Part shown: positions 8,153-16,623 of the stretch, piece after piece
Layout: each line of letters starts with the position of its first letter
Numbering within the stretch: position 1 is the first letter of the stretch
Assembly: GCA_041287245.1 (NCBI GenBank)
Contig: JBEULP010000042.1
Coordinates: 1-50,065 of the forward strand
DNA length: 50,065 nucleotides
Origin: Infirmifilum sp.
GTDB taxonomy: Archaea > Thermoproteota > Thermoprotei > Thermofilales > Thermofilaceae
Direction: 5' to 3'
The notes under the pieces: generated by a model
Seen by the model: only the letters and a program-made list of their open reading frames with translations
The model's database searches: none
What the model was told of the DNA's origin: nothing
Made by a program: the position numbers and the translations under genes

Positions 8153-10595
8153 TCTTCATATCCCTTATTTTCCCGTAGATTATTCCCCATTTTCCCCTTT
8201 CACCAATAAGATCCCGTACCGCTTTTTTCCTATCTAGATAGATTTCTTTAGACAGCCTTAACGTGGCCGTATCGATTCCTTCGACTCGCTCGAGCGCTTT
8301 AAGTCGGTAATAAAGTTGTAGAGAAGCAAGCTTAAGGCCTTCACTGGCAGCGTAGATCCTGTTGGCCTTGAATATTTTATCGAGAAACTCCGGCTCCCTG
8401 AAGAACAATAAGGACAAAACCAGGTCTATCTTGTCTAAGCTGTCGCTCTCTTCTATTTTCTTGAGGTATTCGCTTGAGAAATCCTTTGAGAGCTTCACAA
8501 GATCCTCTGCAACGACCTCCTTGTATTTTCTCAAAAGGGCGTCGGCGACTTCCGGCTTCAAGGCTTTCAACAAGCTGTCAGAGTCCCTCACATTTAGCTG
8601 TTTGCGCGTGTAGACGTGATAACCAAGGAGAGAAGATATCTTGATCTGTGCTAAAAAAGTTGACGAGACTAGCTTCTTGTAAAGGTTAGAGCGAATTTTA
8701 CCTTCAAATCCTCTCAAGCCATACTTTGCCGCCCGGTACATACTCCTGAGATGTTTGTCTCTAGTTTTTTCGCTGAGCGCACGGAGCACGAATGTCGCTG
8801 GAGACTCGTTCAGTCCCTCTACAATTCTCCGAGATCCTCCATGAGAGCTAGGTTTTAACACTAACCGTCCCTCCGGGGTGAATATTTCGATGCGGATTAT
8901 CCCGCCCTTAGACCTTTTTAACCTGGCTGGCAGAGCAAAAAGCCTAAGAGGCGGGGTATGGCTACTCCTGGGCTTAGAGATACTCTGCTTTAAAAGAGAT
9001 AGAAGAGGATTATCATGAACCCCCGCTAGGCTTAATACTCCAGCACCTGTCACTATTGTCGAGAATAACGCGGCGTAAAGTATCACAAGCGGTTCAATTA
9101 TATTCCACGTGCTCACTAAAACCGACCCTAACACTTGTCTGATAATGGTCCACCCGCTAATGTACACGGGACAGTTCGACTCGTTCCACATACCATTACC
9201 ATAAACCCTCACCTTGACTACGGGGACGGGGGACGTTGAGTTACATTTGGAGGTTGAGAGGTGAATCGTGTACTCGTCAAAACTAGGAGCTCCTGTGCCT
9301 CTGACACGGAAAATATGCAAAAAACTCTCGGGTATTCCATTCTCTACCCTGGAGAGCCAGTTATCGTATTCTCGTAATGCTCTACCATACCATGATAGAT
9401 CTAACAGCTCACCAGGCGGTTTCTCAGTCCCTCTGATTAGGTGAACCTGACACTGTGTAGCATTCTTATCTAGAAGGCTCAGGTTATAGGATCCACCCCT
9501 AACGCTTATCTCAACTCCCTTCTCTAGATCCTTTGGGTCAAATTGAAAATCGACATAACCGTCTCCCTTTTCAGGATGAATAACATTATCGCCTACAAAA
9601 GCTATAACGTGTCCCGTGTGCCCCTCATAATTCTCGATAATATCGACTGGGAGAGTAACTACAACTGTAGTTGTGGATTGATCATAGATCCTAAAGAGAG
9701 ATGGCGACACCCAGCAGTTACAATAGCCGCCACTCTTAGTCTGATTAACATAGCAACAACCATTGATCGTGAAGTTTGTCCAGTAATCAGCTACCCACAC
9801 TGCGGTGTAGACGCCGGTGGGCAAGGATAATAAGGCCTCTTCCCTTACCTTTAGAACATAAAAACTTCCATTCTCGCCTCGCAGACCAACAAGAATAGCT
9901 GGCCGATAGATGGGACTGCCCGACCGCTCCACGACGTGAAAACGGATAAAGCCCAAACTCTTCGGCTGGATTAATAGGGGGATGTCAAGAGTTTGCATCT
10001 CTGGCACATTTGAAATGGATAGGGGTAACATCACCGAGAAGACAAGGAGAAAAAGCCAAAGAGGCAAGGTTACCTTCCGAACACGCGGGATGAGTTGAAG
10101 TGGAGTTAAGGATAAGAGGAGGTTAAAAAATAACTGGAATAGCGTTGAAAGCTTTAAGAGCAGCTTTGAAAGAAGCATCAAAGTTCCCACGTGAAAAGCC
10201 AATACGTCTAAGAAGCTTAAGATGGGATGCATGGAGTTCTGGAATGCCGGGAGGATTGAAAACGCCTCTCCTCCCCCCGCCCCGGCAAGAACAATCCCTA
10301 GGATAAGGTCTAAAAAAGCCACGGCAACCGCAGCTCCTATGATCTTGTTAAGATTATCTGCGAGCGCCAAGGATATGCTTTCAAGTTTTCTATAGACCTG
10401 GAAGAAAAGTGAGATGCCGACACTACTTATGATTCCCTGAAAAATCAGGATTAAAGAAGCTGAGAGGAATAACTCAACAATCGCCGATAGAGAGACGACT
10501 ATGGCGCGATTAAAACGTCCCAAAACCCAGTATAGTATGAGGAGGACTACTACAACGGCCAGACCTAGAGCCAGAGAGGATGGGAGGTCTATCAC
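8145..10595 (-). CDS. Large CedA/VirB6-like membrane protein with extracellular and basic cytoplasmic domains
   Basis: ~5 TM in the first ~195 aa ending LIPRVRKVTLPL, Cys- and sequon-rich middle, one further TM, Lys/Arg-rich C-terminus. Confidence 0.55.
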   Translation of the reverse strand: MIDLPSSLALGLAVVVVLLILYWVLGRFNRAIVVSLSAIVELFLSASLILIFQGIISSVGISLFFQVYRKLESISLALADNLNKIIGAAVAVAFLDLILGIVLAGAGGGEAFSILPAFQNSMHPILSFLDVLAFHVGTLMLLSKLLLKLSTLFQLFFNLLLSLTPLQLIPRVRKVTLPLWLFLLVFSVMLPLSISNVPEMQTLDIPLLIQPKSLGFIRFHVVERSGSPIYRPAILVGLRGENGSFYVLKVREEALLSLPTGVYTAVWVADYWTNFTINGCCYVNQTKSGGYCNCWVSPSLFRIYDQSTTTVVVTLPVDIIENYEGHTGHVIAFVGDNVIHPEKGDGYVDFQFDPKDLEKGVEISVRGGSYNLSLLDKNATQCQVHLIRGTEKPPGELLDLSWYGRALREYDNWLSRVENGIPESFLHIFRVRGTGAPSFDEYTIHLSTSKCNSTSPVPVVKVRVYGNGMWNESNCPVYISGWTIIRQVLGSVLVSTWNIIEPLVILYAALFSTIVTGAGVLSLAGVHDNPLLSLLKQSISKPRSSHTPPLRLFALPARLKRSKGGIIRIEIFTPEGRLVLKPSSHGGSRRIVEGLNESPATFVLRALSEKTRDKHLRSMYRAAKYGLRGFEGKIRSNLYKKLVSSTFLAQIKISSLLGYHVYTRKQLNVRDSDSLLKALKPEVADALLRKYKEVVAEDLVKLSKDFSSEYLKKIEESDSLDKIDLVLSLLFFREPEFLDKIFKANRIYAASEGLKLASLQLYYRLKALERVEGIDTATLRLSKEIYLDRKKAVRDLIGERGKWGIIYGKIRDMKNE

Positions 10596-11384
10596 CTATG
10601 CTCTCACCATTGTAACATAGATCGAGTCGAATACACTTGTCATTCCATAGCCTGCGGCTATTGAGAGGGCTAAGGCTACTGCCACGATCGTGGCACACTG
10701 GCCTAGAGAGATAGCTATATCGCTTGTTAGTCCAGCTATGTTCACCCAATCCAGAGGGTTTATCGGGGAGGGAACCTTTATTTTCTCGACCGTTTTTTCC
10801 GTCACGCTTCCACCATATATCACAGCGATGCTCGTTGACAGGTAAATGGCTAGGAGGGACGCGCCAAGCCTTCTTATTTTTGGAACTGGTAACAGGACAG
10901 AACCTATGGAGACAAGAAACGGTGCTATCGTCGAAAAAACTCTAGTAGCGAAGCTTAGATGCATAAAGAAAATAGCAACTATAGACAATTCAGTGGTAGA
11001 CCATCCTGTCGCCGCACCTAATACGCTTGAGAGAGGGCTTGTTAGGGGTGCTGCGGCGAGCACAGCACGCTCAGTTTGAACGTACAGGATTGTAGACACG
11101 GCTGTCTGGCTAGCTTCCCAGAAAACCGAGGCTGATGCATTGAGCCTTTCACTGACAAACTCTGGACTACCCAGACTAACACGTATGCCTGCAGCTGTGG
11201 CCACTGTATCAGCTATTGAGAAAACCAACTGCAAGATCAAAAGATGGGCCAAAACGTCCACCACTGCTTCAAAGTTGCTTATTGCTTCGCTTCTCCTACC
11301 TAAAAACCACTTCATACCACCGAGTGCAAGATAAAACAAGGCAGCTAGAGCAGCGCTAAGGTCGGGTAAAAGCATTGGACTCAC
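10596..11384 (-). CDS. CedA/TedA (VirB6-like) polytopic membrane protein
   Basis: 262 aa, 5-6 TM, IGSVLLPVPKIRRLGASLLA resembles the CedA P-x-R-x-G-A-S-L motif; context next to a VirB4-like ATPase. Confidence 0.65.
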   Translation of the reverse strand: MSPMLLPDLSAALAALFYLALGGMKWFLGRRSEAISNFEAVVDVLAHLLILQLVFSIADTVATAAGIRVSLGSPEFVSERLNASASVFWEASQTAVSTILYVQTERAVLAAAPLTSPLSSVLGAATGWSTTELSIVAIFFMHLSFATRVFSTIAPFLVSIGSVLLPVPKIRRLGASLLAIYLSTSIAVIYGGSVTEKTVEKIKVPSPINPLDWVNIAGLTSDIAISLGQCATIVAVALALSIAAGYGMTSVFDSIYVTMVRA

Positions 11385-11872
11385 CCGCTGAGAGAGGAGA
11401 GGATGAGTTGCCAGCCACGTCTCAAAAGTTTATCCATGATTTGCGAGACCGAGGCTATCTCTGGCACGCCTAGAGAGTTTAGAATTGAGATTATGAAGAA
11501 TAAAATAGGGATGACAGCTAAGGTTTCTACAGCGCGGATGAACTTCGAGATGGATAGACTCCTACCAAAACTTCCTCCTGTGATCCAGGAAAGAGCCGCG
11601 TCTAAAACAAGGAGTACAAAGCCAAGAATTCCAATGCCGAAGGTTATAGCCGCTAGAAGAGCAACTACGTCGACAAAGGGTTGAAATAACTTCGAGATCA
11701 AATCTTGCGAGTCTATGAGAAGAGGCAATTGATATAAAATGCCTACGACCGCCAATTCCTCATCAATCTTTTTCCATTTGTAGCTACCTGTCCCAAGTTT
11801 TATGCTTCTCTTTAAGGTTGTCTCGTAAACTATCTGCATCAGTTTGAGTTTAACCTTCTGTAAGAGACTCAT
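11381..11872 (-). CDS. VirB2/CedA1/TedC-like pilin candidate
   Basis: Basic N-terminal leader, then two hydrophobic helices joined by a Gly/basic loop (SWITGGSFGRS...KFIR); first gene of the operon. Confidence 0.55.
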   Translation of the reverse strand: MSLLQKVKLKLMQIVYETTLKRSIKLGTGSYKWKKIDEELAVVGILYQLPLLIDSQDLISKLFQPFVDVVALLAAITFGIGILGFVLLVLDAALSWITGGSFGRSLSISKFIRAVETLAVIPILFFIISILNSLGVPEIASVSQIMDKLLRRGWQLILSSLSG

Positions 11873-11879
11873 CACCTAT

Positions 11880-11956
11880 CACTTCTTTAGAGTATAAAAG
11901 AAGGAGTGTTTACGCACATCCCTCATGACGGACTTAAAAACTATGGTAAAGAAGTG
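11880..11956. promoter_or_regulatory. Divergent promoter with inverted 10-bp motif TAAAGAAGTG
   Basis: CACTTCTTTA at 11880-11889 and TAAAGAAGTG at 11947-11956, each just downstream of a TATA-like box on its own strand. Confidence 0.6.
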
Positions 11957-11968
11957 TCAGGGGATACT

Positions 11969-12685
11969 ATGACGGAGGTTATAGCTATTGTTTCCGGCAA
12001 CAAGGGAGGCGTTGGGAAAACCGTAATAGCAAGCCTAATCGCATATCATCTCGCGATTGTAGGTAAAAAAGCACTTGTCATAGACCTTGGCGAGAGGGGC
12101 AGCAGCACGTTATTGCTTTTAGGAGAGGATCCCGGCCACCCCTATTTGAGTGATTTCTTTATAGGTCGCGCCACATGGAGTGATGTAATTGTGCAGTCAA
12201 CCTTTACGCCGAATCTTCTCGTTGCCCCCTCGACCGGAGAAATTGGTCCTGTGGATCCCACTTCACTTGAATATCTGATTGACCGTGTGAGCAAACATGT
12301 GGACTTTATTGTACTGGACTTCCCATCATATCCAGGCACGTTATACGACCCGCTTTTAGACCTAGCACGTATACATGTTGTTGTCTTTAACCCGGACGCT
12401 TTGTCATACTATTCGGTCGTCGGATGGCTCAAAGAAAAGGAGAACCTTAGAAAAAAGCTGGTGCTACCGGTTTTAAACAAATATCTGGTTTTCCTAGCCG
12501 AGTGGAAGGAGCGGGCGGTCGACGACCTTGGCGTCGTTTTCACCTTGCCTTTCGACTCCGCACTCGCATTCACAGCTACGAGAGATATAGAGGAGGCATA
12601 CAACAATGCTAGCTCTAGCGTTAAGAAGAGCGTTGAGCTTCTAGCCTATAGGCTTCAAAAGCCGCTTTTAAAGGTGTCTGGATGA
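11969..12685 (+). CDS. ParA/MinD (TadZ/CpaE-like) ATPase
   Basis: Deviant Walker A KGGVGKT, VIDL, DFIVLDFP, VLNK; ATG 11969 preferred over GTG 11906. Confidence 0.9.
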   Translation: MTEVIAIVSGNKGGVGKTVIASLIAYHLAIVGKKALVIDLGERGSSTLLLLGEDPGHPYLSDFFIGRATWSDVIVQSTFTPNLLVAPSTGEIGPVDPTSLEYLIDRVSKHVDFIVLDFPSYPGTLYDPLLDLARIHVVVFNPDALSYYSVVGWLKEKENLRKKLVLPVLNKYLVFLAEWKERAVDDLGVVFTLPFDSALAFTATRDIEEAYNNASSSVKKSVELLAYRLQKPLLKVSG

Positions 12686-13032
12686 GTTTTAGAAGACCAT
12701 TTTCTTCTATTAAGGAGGATGAAAAAGAGGATCGTTCCCTGCCTTTGCCCACCCTCAAGGAAGATGTGAAAAATGTAGAAAAAACTGCTCCTGATGAGCC
12801 AAGCAAGGATGAGCTTTCCGTGGGGGTGAAAAACTTAGAGTTACTTCTCAAAAGCCTTGGATATGAAGTGAACCTGGCTGAGCGCATTGTCCAGAGGATG
12901 CGTGAGATAGACGGGGAGATCACAAGGCTAGACGAAAACATCGCGCAGCTGGAGCGGCAGAGAAAGAACCTGCTCATGGAGCGGCAGAGAATAACGGAAG
13001 TAATTAAAACCTTCGCGGGAATAAAAGTATGA
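12682..13032 (+). CDS. Small coiled-coil protein
   Basis: Charged N-terminus, heptad C-terminus; ATGA overlaps with both neighbours. Confidence 0.75.
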   Translation: MSFRRPFSSIKEDEKEDRSLPLPTLKEDVKNVEKTAPDEPSKDELSVGVKNLELLLKSLGYEVNLAERIVQRMREIDGEITRLDENIAQLERQRKNLLMERQRITEVIKTFAGIKV

Positions 13033-14192
13033 AAGCTATATTAAAAGGGTTGTATAATAAGCGCGGACGCAAGGACGAAGCACCTTCAATGATACCAGTA
13101 AATGAACTTCTCCCAGCCCAATCAGCCATAATTTTGAAAAATTCCTTCGGCTTTCTCGCGAGATCAGACGGAAAGATCGAGATTATTCCGATTAGAGAGC
13201 ATCCTGTCTGGAAAAAGTTTTCGCCGCTATTTCTCGCCAGCGAGGTGGAGGAAATCTGGTTGTTCGAGGGGAAAACTGTGGCAACCATAAAGAACTTCGG
13301 TAGGATCAGCATTAAGGGATCACCGTCTCCCGAGGAACTTGAGAACCTAATCATCAGTATAATAGCTGCCACTGGGGTAAAGGTTGACATGAGAAAGCCT
13401 CGTGGGGTTGTCGACGTAGATGATTGGCGTGTATCCATTCAGCTATCTAGCGGTGGACAAACACAAATCGTGGCAACACGACTCTCCAGCGTTCCGCCTC
13501 TAAAAGAGCTGATCGACCCTATCACGGCAGCGAGGTTGATGGTTCTACTTTTAAGACCCGCTGTGATTGTGATTCTAGGCCCACCAGGCTCGGGAAAATC
13601 CACGTTGCTGAATAGCTTGGTGGGAGAGATCGCAAGGATTTTCCCCAATCTGCACCTAGCTGTTGTTGAAAAATACCGTGAGCTCGTATTCAAGGAAGGG
13701 TGGTTCTCTTGGATCTTAAGCGAAAACCTGGTAGACGGTGTTAGATGGGCTATGCGCTACTTTAGGCCTGATCTAATCGTGGTGGGGGAGATAATGGCGG
13801 AGGACTTCTGGAGCATTGTGGAGCCTAGTCGAAGCGGTTTGCCGACGATCACGACGTTCCACTCACCAACGATTAGAAAAGCGGTGAAAGTGCTCTCGGA
13901 CTCTCTTAGAGCACAACTAGGCTATGGCGACGAGAATAGTGTTCTGCAATATGTTGACGTGTTTATTCAGACTCAAAAAAGAGTTACCCCCAGGGGCATA
14001 GAAAGAGGGGTCGAAAGCATCTTCATAAGCGACGGGCAAAGACTCATCCCCTTCTACGCCGCGGGAAAATCCATGTCTGACGAAGAATTCCTCCAAGCGT
14101 TACCGGAGCAAATATACGTCGGCCCAACAGTAAAAATTCTCACCCAGCTCCTTTCCGAATATGGGGTCTCGGCCCGTGAATACCGCGGTTGA
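13029..14192 (+). CDS. VirB11/TadA(CpaF)-family secretion ATPase
   Basis: Walker A GPPGSGKS, Asp-box-like VEKYREL, RPDLIVVGE, His box TTFHS. Confidence 0.88.
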   Translation: MKAILKGLYNKRGRKDEAPSMIPVNELLPAQSAIILKNSFGFLARSDGKIEIIPIREHPVWKKFSPLFLASEVEEIWLFEGKTVATIKNFGRISIKGSPSPEELENLIISIIAATGVKVDMRKPRGVVDVDDWRVSIQLSSGGQTQIVATRLSSVPPLKELIDPITAARLMVLLLRPAVIVILGPPGSGKSTLLNSLVGEIARIFPNLHLAVVEKYRELVFKEGWFSWILSENLVDGVRWAMRYFRPDLIVVGEIMAEDFWSIVEPSRSGLPTITTFHSPTIRKAVKVLSDSLRAQLGYGDENSVLQYVDVFIQTQKRVTPRGIERGVESIFISDGQRLIPFYAAGKSMSDEEFLQALPEQIYVGPTVKILTQLLSEYGVSAREYRG

Positions 14193-15577
14193 TTCCTATT
14201 ACGCAAGAAGAGGATGTAAAACAGATCTTTGAAGGGGCTGGGCTTATCCCCCGCTCGGGACAGGTAGAGGTAGCTCAGGCTATCCGCGGAGTAGAGGGTG
14301 ATGTGCTGCTCGTCGCGCCTACAGGCTGGGGGAAAACGCTCGCCGTGCTTGCAGCCCTAAAAACACGTTTACCAGTGCTTTGGCTAGTCAGATCCCTCGA
14401 AATTGGGCGTAGAGTAAGCGAGGACGCTTCTCGCCTTGGCCTTAAGGCGTTTGTCGCAGCTGGAAGAGCTAAGACTTGCCCCTACGCGCGCGTCGGAGAT
14501 GTAGACGAGTTCTGCCGGCTACACCGTAGCCGTTGCCCCTACTTCCTGGAGCTTTTGAAAAAAGGAGTTGGCGAAGCCTGGAGTTACGAAGAACTCCCGC
14601 CGACTATCTGCCGATACTACGCACAGGACGTTATAGCGGCTGATGTTGTCGTGCAAAACTATTTTAGACGCGTGGCTCACAGGTTTGAAACAGTTGTTGT
14701 AGATGAGGCGCACAACCTACTTAGGCCTGTGATCCACGAGGTGAGGGGGCTTGAAGAGGCTATTGACGAGCTGGCCCAGCTGGAGCCGACTCTCGCGTCA
14801 CAAGTAAGGGACATTTTGGAGCGGGAAGGAGTGATTAACATCCCACTCGAGCTAGCCTGGGATGTCTTAGAGTTATACAGGGAACGCCTCTTAAAGGGAA
14901 CGTTGATGTCTCCCCTTGCTAGACTTCTAAAAGCCGGCATAAGGGGGGACATAGTATATAGGGAGGCGGGGCGTGTTCAGATTTACCATACGATTCGCAT
15001 CCCTCAAGCGAGGAGGATCTATATTAGCGCTACAATCCCCGAAGAGGCTTCGAATTTTTTTCATGCCGCGGTGATACGCGTCCCCATCTCTCCTCGTCCT
15101 GCACAGATCACCGACTATTTAACTTCAAAGTACGGGGAGGAAACTATCGGAGGATATAGTCATTTGCTGTGGACGTTGAAGAAGAAGTACACGCGAATTG
15201 TTGTTTTCACCACCGAGAGGCTTGCACGCAGGCTGCATGCTGATTTTTACGAGGAACGCCTGCCGCCGGATTGGAGGGGGGTTGCTCTCTTTAATATCTA
15301 CGGGCGGTTTGCAGAAGGTGTTGACATCCCCGCAGACGCCGTCGTGATTCTCGGCGCACCCTTTCTCCCCCCAGAAGTAACAGAAAAAATAGGGAAGTAT
15401 TATAGACGCATAGGCTTAGACGCCGACGCCGCCCACTGGCTGCCCATGGTCACCGCTGTATTACAGGCCATTGGCAGGGCAACAAGAGAGCCCGGCGCAA
15501 CCCCCGATATTATCCTCGCAGACTATCGATTCAAAAGGTACATGAGAAAGTTTGAGCCATACTTAGTCTTCGATTGA
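14189..15577 (+). CDS. Compact XPD/DinG-like SF2 helicase with Fe-S cysteines
   Basis: Q motif RSGQ, APTGWGKT, CPY..FC..CPY..ICRYY, DEAH, SAT, EGVD, QAIGRATR. Confidence 0.9.
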   Translation: MIPITQEEDVKQIFEGAGLIPRSGQVEVAQAIRGVEGDVLLVAPTGWGKTLAVLAALKTRLPVLWLVRSLEIGRRVSEDASRLGLKAFVAAGRAKTCPYARVGDVDEFCRLHRSRCPYFLELLKKGVGEAWSYEELPPTICRYYAQDVIAADVVVQNYFRRVAHRFETVVVDEAHNLLRPVIHEVRGLEEAIDELAQLEPTLASQVRDILEREGVINIPLELAWDVLELYRERLLKGTLMSPLARLLKAGIRGDIVYREAGRVQIYHTIRIPQARRIYISATIPEEASNFFHAAVIRVPISPRPAQITDYLTSKYGEETIGGYSHLLWTLKKKYTRIVVFTTERLARRLHADFYEERLPPDWRGVALFNIYGRFAEGVDIPADAVVILGAPFLPPEVTEKIGKYYRRIGLDADAAHWLPMVTAVLQAIGRATREPGATPDIILADYRFKRYMRKFEPYLVFD

Positions 15578-15620
15578 AAAATATTTTTCTCCGCTTGTAC
15601 ACCTTCCCACCTTAACTGGT

Positions 15621-15785
15621 GGATCTCCGCGCGCCGGATGAAGAGCCCTCAGCTGGCGGGAGTCCCGGCCGGTCCGGGGCTTGGGCGGCAGCCGCCTTGG
15701 GCGGGGAGATGGGGGTTGCTCAGCCTGGTACGGCGAGCGCGACTAGCCGGGGGTGAGCCCTTAGCGCGTGAGTCTCCCCGCTTAA
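15621..15785 (+). ncRNA. Unidentified GC-rich structured non-coding element
   Basis: 118/160 G+C over 15621-15780; several stems whose G-U pairs favour the + strand; no ORF; no SRP or RNase P hallmark motifs seen. Confidence 0.55.
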
Positions 15786-15876
15786 AGACTTAAAGCCGTC
15801 GCGACATTTAAAAATCAAGGGAAAACAAAAACAAAAGAAACAGTATGAGAAAGGAATGAATTCTAAGTGTGAGTTT

Positions 15877-15924
15877 GAAAGTACTTTCGCCATATCAGGT
15901 TAGTGATATTAAGTAAAGTACTTT
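15877..15924. promoter_or_regulatory. Two AAAGTACTTT palindromes flanking a TATA-like box
   Basis: GAAAGTACTTTC 15877-15888, AAAGTACTTT 15915-15924, ATATTAAG between them. Confidence 0.6.
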
Positions 15925-15938
15925 TGTATTACGAGGGT

Positions 15939-16592
15939 ATGACGCAGGATATTGAAGCTATCATGAGAGAACTCACTGACACCGAGCGAAGAATTGTTGA
16001 ATTTTTCCTTAGACAGGGAGGCTCAGCACGAGAAATAGCCTCAGCGCTTAACGTCTCGGAGCGCACTGTTTACAAGGCCCTTTATAAGTATAGGAAGCTT
16101 GCCCGCGAGAACGGTCTAGACCCGAGCGCATTTTATCTACGGGGAACACTACAACTCCAAACCGCGCCGCCTCCTGAGCGAGCCCCAATACAACCGGATG
16201 TTATGGAGAGCCTAAAAAAGGATATATTAAGAGAAGTGACAGAAATCTTGGAAAAAAGTGTTCATGAAGCAGTGTTATCAGCATTCGAAGAACTTTTTGC
16301 TGCTTCAAACTTACGGTACAGGCCACTCCCTACGCCACCCCCATATAAAAACCCCCTAGAAAATGTAGACCACGTCGTAATCACCAGGCTAGTCGAAAAC
16401 CTGGAACGCCTAAACTATAACTTTGAAACTCTTGCTCGAAAACTGGACCACCTTCAGAGCTTCGACACGGCTCAAAGGACTGGCCATTCACAAGTTCAGG
16501 TGGGGGACAATGGGTATTCAGGCGAAAATGTGCTCCCCAGCTTCGTCCAGAATAATCCTTGGATAGAGGTTCTCCAGAAGAGAAAATACTAA
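15939..16592 (+). CDS. HTH DNA-binding protein with coiled coil and C-terminal PSFxxNNPW motif
   Basis: SAREIASALNVSERTVYKAL HTH; ATG 15939 preferred. Confidence 0.8.
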   Translation: MTQDIEAIMRELTDTERRIVEFFLRQGGSAREIASALNVSERTVYKALYKYRKLARENGLDPSAFYLRGTLQLQTAPPPERAPIQPDVMESLKKDILREVTEILEKSVHEAVLSAFEELFAASNLRYRPLPTPPPYKNPLENVDHVVITRLVENLERLNYNFETLARKLDHLQSFDTAQRTGHSQVQVGDNGYSGENVLPSFVQNNPWIEVLQKRKY

Positions 16593-16623
16593 ACCCTATA
16601 ATGTTCTTGCTTTCTACCGCGCG

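Noticed and set aside
11969..13032. SegAB chromosome segregation pair
   Set aside because: The partner is a plain coiled coil with no evident RHH domain, and the pair is coupled to a secretion ATPase, which favours a TadZ-like role; not fully excluded.
6016..15577. Integrated conjugative plasmid or provirus
   Set aside because: No integrase, relaxase, primase/Rep or att-like tRNA duplication visible at the borders.
15621..15785. SRP RNA, RNase P RNA, hammerhead or HDV ribozyme
   Set aside because: No SRP helix 8 (GCC..GGAA..AGCA), no RNase P GAGGAA..TCC or ACAGAA..GGCT, no CTGANGA/GAAA core, and the HDV P1 pairing fails.
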